From Macrostomum hystrix (lineage: Eukaryota; Animalia; Platyhelminthes): 64,000 nt of DNA. Positions 58,476 to 64,000 of this stretch are shown piece by piece (positions within the stretch are counted from its first letter, which is position 1; each line of letters opens with the position of its first letter). The notes under the pieces are model-generated. The model was not told where the DNA came from, ran no database searches, and saw only the letters and a list, made by a program, of their open reading frames with translations. Where the stretch lies: positions 4,712,001 through 4,776,000 of the forward strand of contig CATNEN010000003.1 of the NCBI GenBank assembly GCA_950097015.1, written 5' to 3'. The position numbers were made by a program, and so were the translations under genes.

Positions 58476-61262
58476 CGAGATAAGCACAGGTAGAGGAAGG
58501 GAGATAAGCACAGGTACAGGAAGGGAGATAAGCACAGGTAGAGGAAGGGAGATAAGCACAGGTACAGGAAGGGAGATAAGCATAGGTAGAGGAAGGGAGA
58601 TAAGCATAGGTACAGGAAGGGAGATAAGCATAGGTAGAGGAAGGGAGATAAGCACAGGTACAGGAAGGGAGATAAGCACAGGTACAGGAAGGGAGATAAG
58701 CACAGGTAGAGGAAGGGAGATAAGCATAGGTACAGGAAGGGAGATAAGCATAGGTACAGGAAGGGAGATAAGCACAGGTAGAGGAAGGGAGATAAGCACA
58801 GGTAGAGGAAGGGATATAAGCACAGGTAGAGGAAGGGATATAAGCACAGGTAGAGGAAGGGAGATAAGCACAGATGGAGAAAGCTAGGGAGTTAAGCACA
58901 GGTAGAGGAAGGGAGATAAGCACAGGTAGAGGAAGGGAGATAAGCATAGGTACAGGAAGGGAGATAAGCACAGGTAGAGGAAGGGAGATAAGCACAGGTA
59001 GAGGAAGGGAGATAAGCTTAGGTACAGGAAGGGAGATAAGCACAGGTAGAGGAAGGGAGATAAGCACAGGTAGAGGAAGGGAGATATTCACAGGTAGAGG
59101 AAGGGAGATAAGCACAGGTAGAGGAAGGGATATATTCACAGGTAGAGGAAGGGAGATAAGCACAGGTAGAGGAAGGGAGATAAGCACAGGTAGAGGAAGG
59201 GAGATAAGCACAGGTAGAGGAAGGGAGATAAGCACAGGTAGAGGAAGGGATATATTCACAGGTAGAGGAAGGGAGATAAGCACAGGTAGAGGAAGGGAGA
59301 TAAGCACAGGTAGAGGAAGGGAGATAAGCACAGGTAGAGGAAGGGAGATAAGCACAGGTAGAGGAAGGGAGATAAGCACAGGTAGAGGAAGGGAGATAAG
59401 CATAGGTACAGGAAGGGAGATAAGCACAGGTAGAGGAAGGGAGATAGCACAGGTAAAGGAAGGGAGATAAGCACAGGTAGAGGAAGGGAGATAAGCACAG
59501 GTAGAGGAAGGGAGATAAGCACAGGTAGAGGAAGGGAGATAAGCACAGGTAGAGGAAGGGAGATAAGCACAGGTAGAGGAAGGGATATATTCACAGGTAG
59601 AGGAAGGGAGATAAGCACAGGTAGAGGAAGGGAGATAAGCACAGGTAGAGGAAGGGAGATAAGCACAGGTAGAGGAAGGGAGATAAGCACAGGTAGAGGA
59701 AGGGAGATAAGCACAGGTAGAGGAAGGGAGATAAGCACAGGTAAAGGAAGGGAGATAAGCACAGGTAGAGGAAGGGAGATAAGCACAGGTAAAGGAAGGG
59801 AGATAAGCACAGGTAGAGGAAGGGAGATAAGCACAGGTAGAGGAAGGGAGATAGCACAGGTAAAGGAAGGGAGATAGCACAGGTAAAGGAAGGGAGATAA
59901 GCACAGGTAGATGAAGGGAGATAAGCATAGGTACAGGAAGGGAGATAAGCACAGGTAGAGGAAGGGAGATAAGCACAGATAGAGAAAGCTAGGGAGTTAA
60001 GCACAGGTAGAGGAGGGGAGATAAGCACAGGTAGAGGAAGCACAGGTAGAGGAAGGGAGATAAGCATAGGTACAGGAAGGGAGATAAGCACAGGTAGAGG
60101 AAGGGAGATAAGCACAGATAGAGAAAGCTAGGGAGTTATGCACAGGTAGAGGAAGGGAGATAAGCACAGGTAGATGAAGGGAGATAAGCATAGGTACAGG
60201 AAGGGAGATAAGCACAGGTAGAGGAAGGGAGATAAGCACAGTTAGATGAAGGGAGATAAGCACAGGTACAGGAAGGGAGATAAGCACAGGTAGAGGAAGG
60301 GAGATAAGCATAGGTACAGGAAGGGAGATAAGCACAGGTAGAGGAAGGGAGATAAGCACAGATAGAGAAAGCTAGGGAGTTAAGCACAGGTAGAGGAGGG
60401 GAGATAAGCACAGGTAGAGGAAGGGAGATAAGCATAGGTACAGGAAGGGAGAAAAGCACAGGTAGAGGAAGGGAGATAAGCACAGGTACAGGAAGGGAGA
60501 TAAGCACAGGTAGAGGAAGGGAGATAAGCATAGGTACAGGAAGGGAGATAAGCACAGATAGAGGAAGGGAGATAAGCACAGGTAGAGGAAGGGAGATAAG
60601 CACAGGTAGAGGAAGGGAGATAAGCACAGGTAGAGGAAGGGAGATAAGCATAGGTACAGGAAGGGAGATAAGCACAGGTAGAGGAAGGGAGAAAACAAAG
60701 GTTGAGGGTTCAGGAGATTTTGTGCATTGTTTGTTAAGCCCATGAGGCTAATGATAATAGTTTGTACTCATTAGACTTCACTCCTAACAACAACTAGGTT
60801 AGCTGCTCAAAATAGAGGAAGGGAGATAAGCATAGGTACAGGAAGGGAGAAAAGCACAGGTAGAGGAAGGGAGATAAACACAGGTAGAGGAAGGGAGATA
60901 AGCACAGGTAGAGGAAGGGAGATAAGCACAGGTAGAGGAAGAGAGATAAGCACAGGTAGAGGAAGGGAGATAAGCACAGGTAGAGGAAGGGAGATAAGCA
61001 CAGATAGAGAAAGCTAGGGAGTTAAGCACAGGTAGAGGAGGGGAGATAAGCACAGGTAGAGGAAGGGAGATAAGCACAGGTAGAGGAAGGGAGATAAGCA
61101 TAGGTACAGGAAGGGAGATAAGCACAGATAGAGGAAGGGAGATAAGCACAGGTAGAGGAAGGGAGATAAGCACAGGTAGAGGAAGGGAGATAAGCACAGG
61201 TAGAGGAAGGGAGATAAGCATAGGTACAGGAAGGGAGATAAGCACAGGTAGAGGAAGGGAGA
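58476..61262. repeat. 24-bp purine-rich minisatellite (gagataagcacaggtagaggaagg), interrupted by a duplicated unique block
   Basis: Tandem repeat. The unique ~120-bp block at ~60693-60813 recurs at ~61263-61383. Confidence 0.95.
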
Positions 61263-62312
61263 AAACAAAGGTTGAGGGTTCAGGAGATTTTGTGCATTGT
61301 TTGTTAAGCCCATGAGGCTAATGATAATAGTTTGTACTCATTAGACTTCACTCCTAACAACAACTAGGTTAGCTGCTCAAAATAACTCGGCCCCTTGATA
61401 ATTGTATTTTTTCGAGGAAAGTAGCAATTTTTTTCTAGCATTCCATCGGTTACTGACCCTAGAAAAATAATATTGTTGCTTGACTATCTGTTAGACCCTG
61501 GGAAGTTTCTTTCCAGATTCTTTAAAACTGGGCAAGTTTAAACAAAACGTACAAAAGACATGCTTATTACTTAAGAACACATAAAAATGATATATAGTCG
61601 TGTATTATTAAAACTGCCATTTTCCTTACGTGGTATTTTTTATTGTAAGACAGCCATAAATTTGTAGTAGCATTTCAGTATTCTTTCTTAGAAAAATTGA
61701 TCATAAAAACAGATATTCAATCAAAGAAATGTACATCGATTAAGCATAGAAGGAACCGTTCTTTGCATAGTCTCGAACTGATAGAAAAGTGCACTATTGT
61801 GTTATTTTGTTAAAACAAAAAGTTCCGAAACAAAATTAAACAATTTGGTTGTATTTACATTAAGCGACCAGACAGACATCAATTTGACAGCGAGTTTCTG
61901 TGCGTGCAAAATCTTTCTTAAAACATCGCATAGAAGTCCAGAGATAACGAAGAGAGGATAGAAAGTAGAAATTTGAACTTTATACTTGTATGACTTTCGA
62001 GTTACGATGAAAAATGAAAACATCCAAAAAACAGAAGAAGACAGAATTGATTTCGACGCACATTTAAACACTTTCGATGAATGCAAAAGACAGACAGAAA
62101 CAATTGTGCTCCAACAGTGAAAGTGAAAGAGTTGAAAAGTTTTATACGAAAAAGACACTATAGCGTTACAAAATCGCACTAACAGAACAGACACTTGAGC
62201 GCATAAGATAAAATAACTTACAATAAAACCAGACGGAGAGTTTGACTCGCGGAATCCGAGAAATACAGAGTAGGTCTTCTTCGAGAATTATAAATTCTAG
62301 TAAAAGAAGAAT

Positions 62313-63794
62313 TCACACGGTGACCTCATTGTCGCCATCCTGTTGGTCAGCCTGCGGGCTATTGTCTCCCTGGCTATCTTCCGAGTCGTCGTCAAACTCT
62401 GGCGCGAACGGATTCTCGCGTTTAGCCAGCTTAAGCAGCACCTGAGGCGGATGCAATAGGTGCAATGAGTCCATGTCGATATAGGACAGGAATGCAATCA
62501 CTTCAGCTGGACACCTGGTTGCTAGCCGCCTGAGTTTAGCGTTGAAGTCAACACCTCCGATGTGGCGTCTGACTGCATTGCGAGACTGCAGTCTGAGCGA
62601 CATCGGGCGCCTGTTAAAATCTGAGCAGGCTTTTTGCAGAGTCTCCAGATTGTCTTTGAACTCTTGACGCCTTTGAGAATATCGTTTTGCGTACAGCTTC
62701 CTCAGGGATAGATTCTCAAGGCTCTCGCTGATCTCTTCGCTAGTTGGATGACTGCTGCTCAACGATAAGAAGTTGATGAGCAGTAGGGCGGCCTCCTGGA
62801 TGATTGGCGGAAGTTCGACGCCAGACTCGTATTGGTCAAGGCGCGGATGGCACAGCAGGCAGATTAGAATGCCGAACCAGTTGTGAGAAGAGGAGAGAAA
62901 TTCGAGGCATTCAAATTCTGAGAAGCCTGCTTTGATTAAACTGCGCACGGTGAAAATCTCAGCGCATGAGTCGCTCTGCTCTGGAATGTCTGGCACTGTA
63001 TTGTTCTCGTTTGTGTACTTGGTCAGGTACCAGTTCAGTGAGTAGCCTAACGAGTTGAACAGTATGATCGAATCGATGCGATGAACATCGATGCTGCGTA
63101 ATAGCAGCTGTGGCAACTGCTGAAAGAAATAATAAAATGTTGACGGCGATGAGTAGCCAACCGCTGATGAGCTCATTCGCTGCATCTCTTCTCCGAGGAA
63201 CTCGTAGATTGATCCGAAGTAATAGTCTAGCGCCGATTGGTAGGTATAGTGGCCCTTAGTCCAGAACTTCTTGTAGGGCACCATTGCCGAGCGATTGCTT
63301 GCAGCCGGGGAGAAGTTCCAACGCTTACACTGTAGAGGTCTATTAGGATCGTGACCGTAGCGAGCTAGTATGGGCAGCATCTGCCACTGCTGATTGTCCA
63401 CCGCCCATACCACTGGCGAGCATTCCTGGTGGAAGTGCAGGAACGGATCCTGGCTGCGGTTAGTCCAGGCTAAGAAGTTTGGACTTAGATGGCGTCGCTT
63501 CACCGAGACAACCACCTTGGAGGGAGCCACTGTGCGTAGCTTACGCAATATCCTCTCAACTGATCGAGTATTGCCCAGCTGAATGTGATGAGCCAGACGG
63601 TCTGTCAGTTTTTCAATCGAATCCACCGTAGATGAGTCAACTCGACTACCGGCGCTGCCGGCGCCGAAGCACGCGCCGAATAAGCAAGCGGCGCCGCCCG
63701 CTCCGCCGGTGCCACTGCTGACCGTTGAAGTTGTCGAATGGTTGCTCTTGGTTGAGGCTCGCTTTGAACGGACTAGCCTGCCCGTTTGTGACAT
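62313..63794 (-). CDS. Ankyrin-like repeat plus C-terminal SOCS-box protein (ASB-like), intronless
   Basis: 493-aa ORF. SPVVWAVDNQQWQMLPILARYGHDPN is ankyrin-like. PMSLRLQSRNAVRRHIG...CPAEVIAFL is BC/cullin-box-like. Acidic tail. Confidence 0.6.
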   Translation of the reverse strand: MSQTGRLVRSKRASTKSNHSTTSTVSSGTGGAGGAACLFGACFGAGSAGSRVDSSTVDSIEKLTDRLAHHIQLGNTRSVERILRKLRTVAPSKVVVSVKRRHLSPNFLAWTNRSQDPFLHFHQECSPVVWAVDNQQWQMLPILARYGHDPNRPLQCKRWNFSPAASNRSAMVPYKKFWTKGHYTYQSALDYYFGSIYEFLGEEMQRMSSSAVGYSSPSTFYYFFQQLPQLLLRSIDVHRIDSIILFNSLGYSLNWYLTKYTNENNTVPDIPEQSDSCAEIFTVRSLIKAGFSEFECLEFLSSSHNWFGILICLLCHPRLDQYESGVELPPIIQEAALLLINFLSLSSSHPTSEEISESLENLSLRKLYAKRYSQRRQEFKDNLETLQKACSDFNRRPMSLRLQSRNAVRRHIGGVDFNAKLRRLATRCPAEVIAFLSYIDMDSLHLLHPPQVLLKLAKRENPFAPEFDDDSEDSQGDNSPQADQQDGDNEVTV

Positions 63795-64000
63795 TGCTGG
63801 ATGCCTGGCGGTTGTCCTTCTGATGTACCTTATACACTGTCTACCTGTCTTCAGCCTCTGCTGCTGATGCTGCTTGTTTTATTCCTATTTAACAGACCAG
63901 ACGGTCTGGAATGGCTCTGGTAAAAATGAGATGGTCGTGTAGGAAAACTGCTGTTCACTGCATTGGCCTATTATATATATATACATTCGCGCACACCGCG

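Noticed and set aside
58476-61262. CAGGTAG (Zelda site) in most repeat units
   Set aside because: Zelda is arthropod-restricted and nothing here suggests that context. Treated as part of the ACCTG observation.
43349-61313. Repetitive ORFs (e.g. 43349-43975, 47455-48102, 52760-53204, 53800-54861, 58360-61313)
   Set aside because: These are translations of minisatellites, mostly within introns.

Overview
Eukaryotic animal genomic DNA with GT-AG introns, tRNA-derived SINEs and many minisatellites. The style resembles a free-living flatworm such as Macrostomum, but this is an unverified inference. Genes: last exon of a KCTD5-family gene, intronless boule, a divergent intronless 7TM GPCR-like gene, a 10-exon Mx-like dynamin GTPase with an atypical G4 motif (TFPD), an LSM12-like ORF, NDUFAF1/CIA30, a FAM162-like exon, ACAD10 (8 exons found, C-terminal exons absent from the window) and an ankyrin/SOCS-box-like gene. 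Repeats: a ~12.8 kb 70-bp satellite, about 16 minisatellites, three SINE families (one CORE-type), a 5'-truncated LINE and MITE-like foldbacks. The best unannotated signals are (1) three tandem paralogous box H/ACA snoRNA-like genes in the NDUFAF1 intron with a plausible 18S rRNA target, (2) ACAD10 introns built from AG-poor minisatellites carrying branch-point-like motifs up to the 3' splice site, and (3) a polarity switch with an orphan antisense exon where ACAD10 breaks off. All exon models were read by eye.
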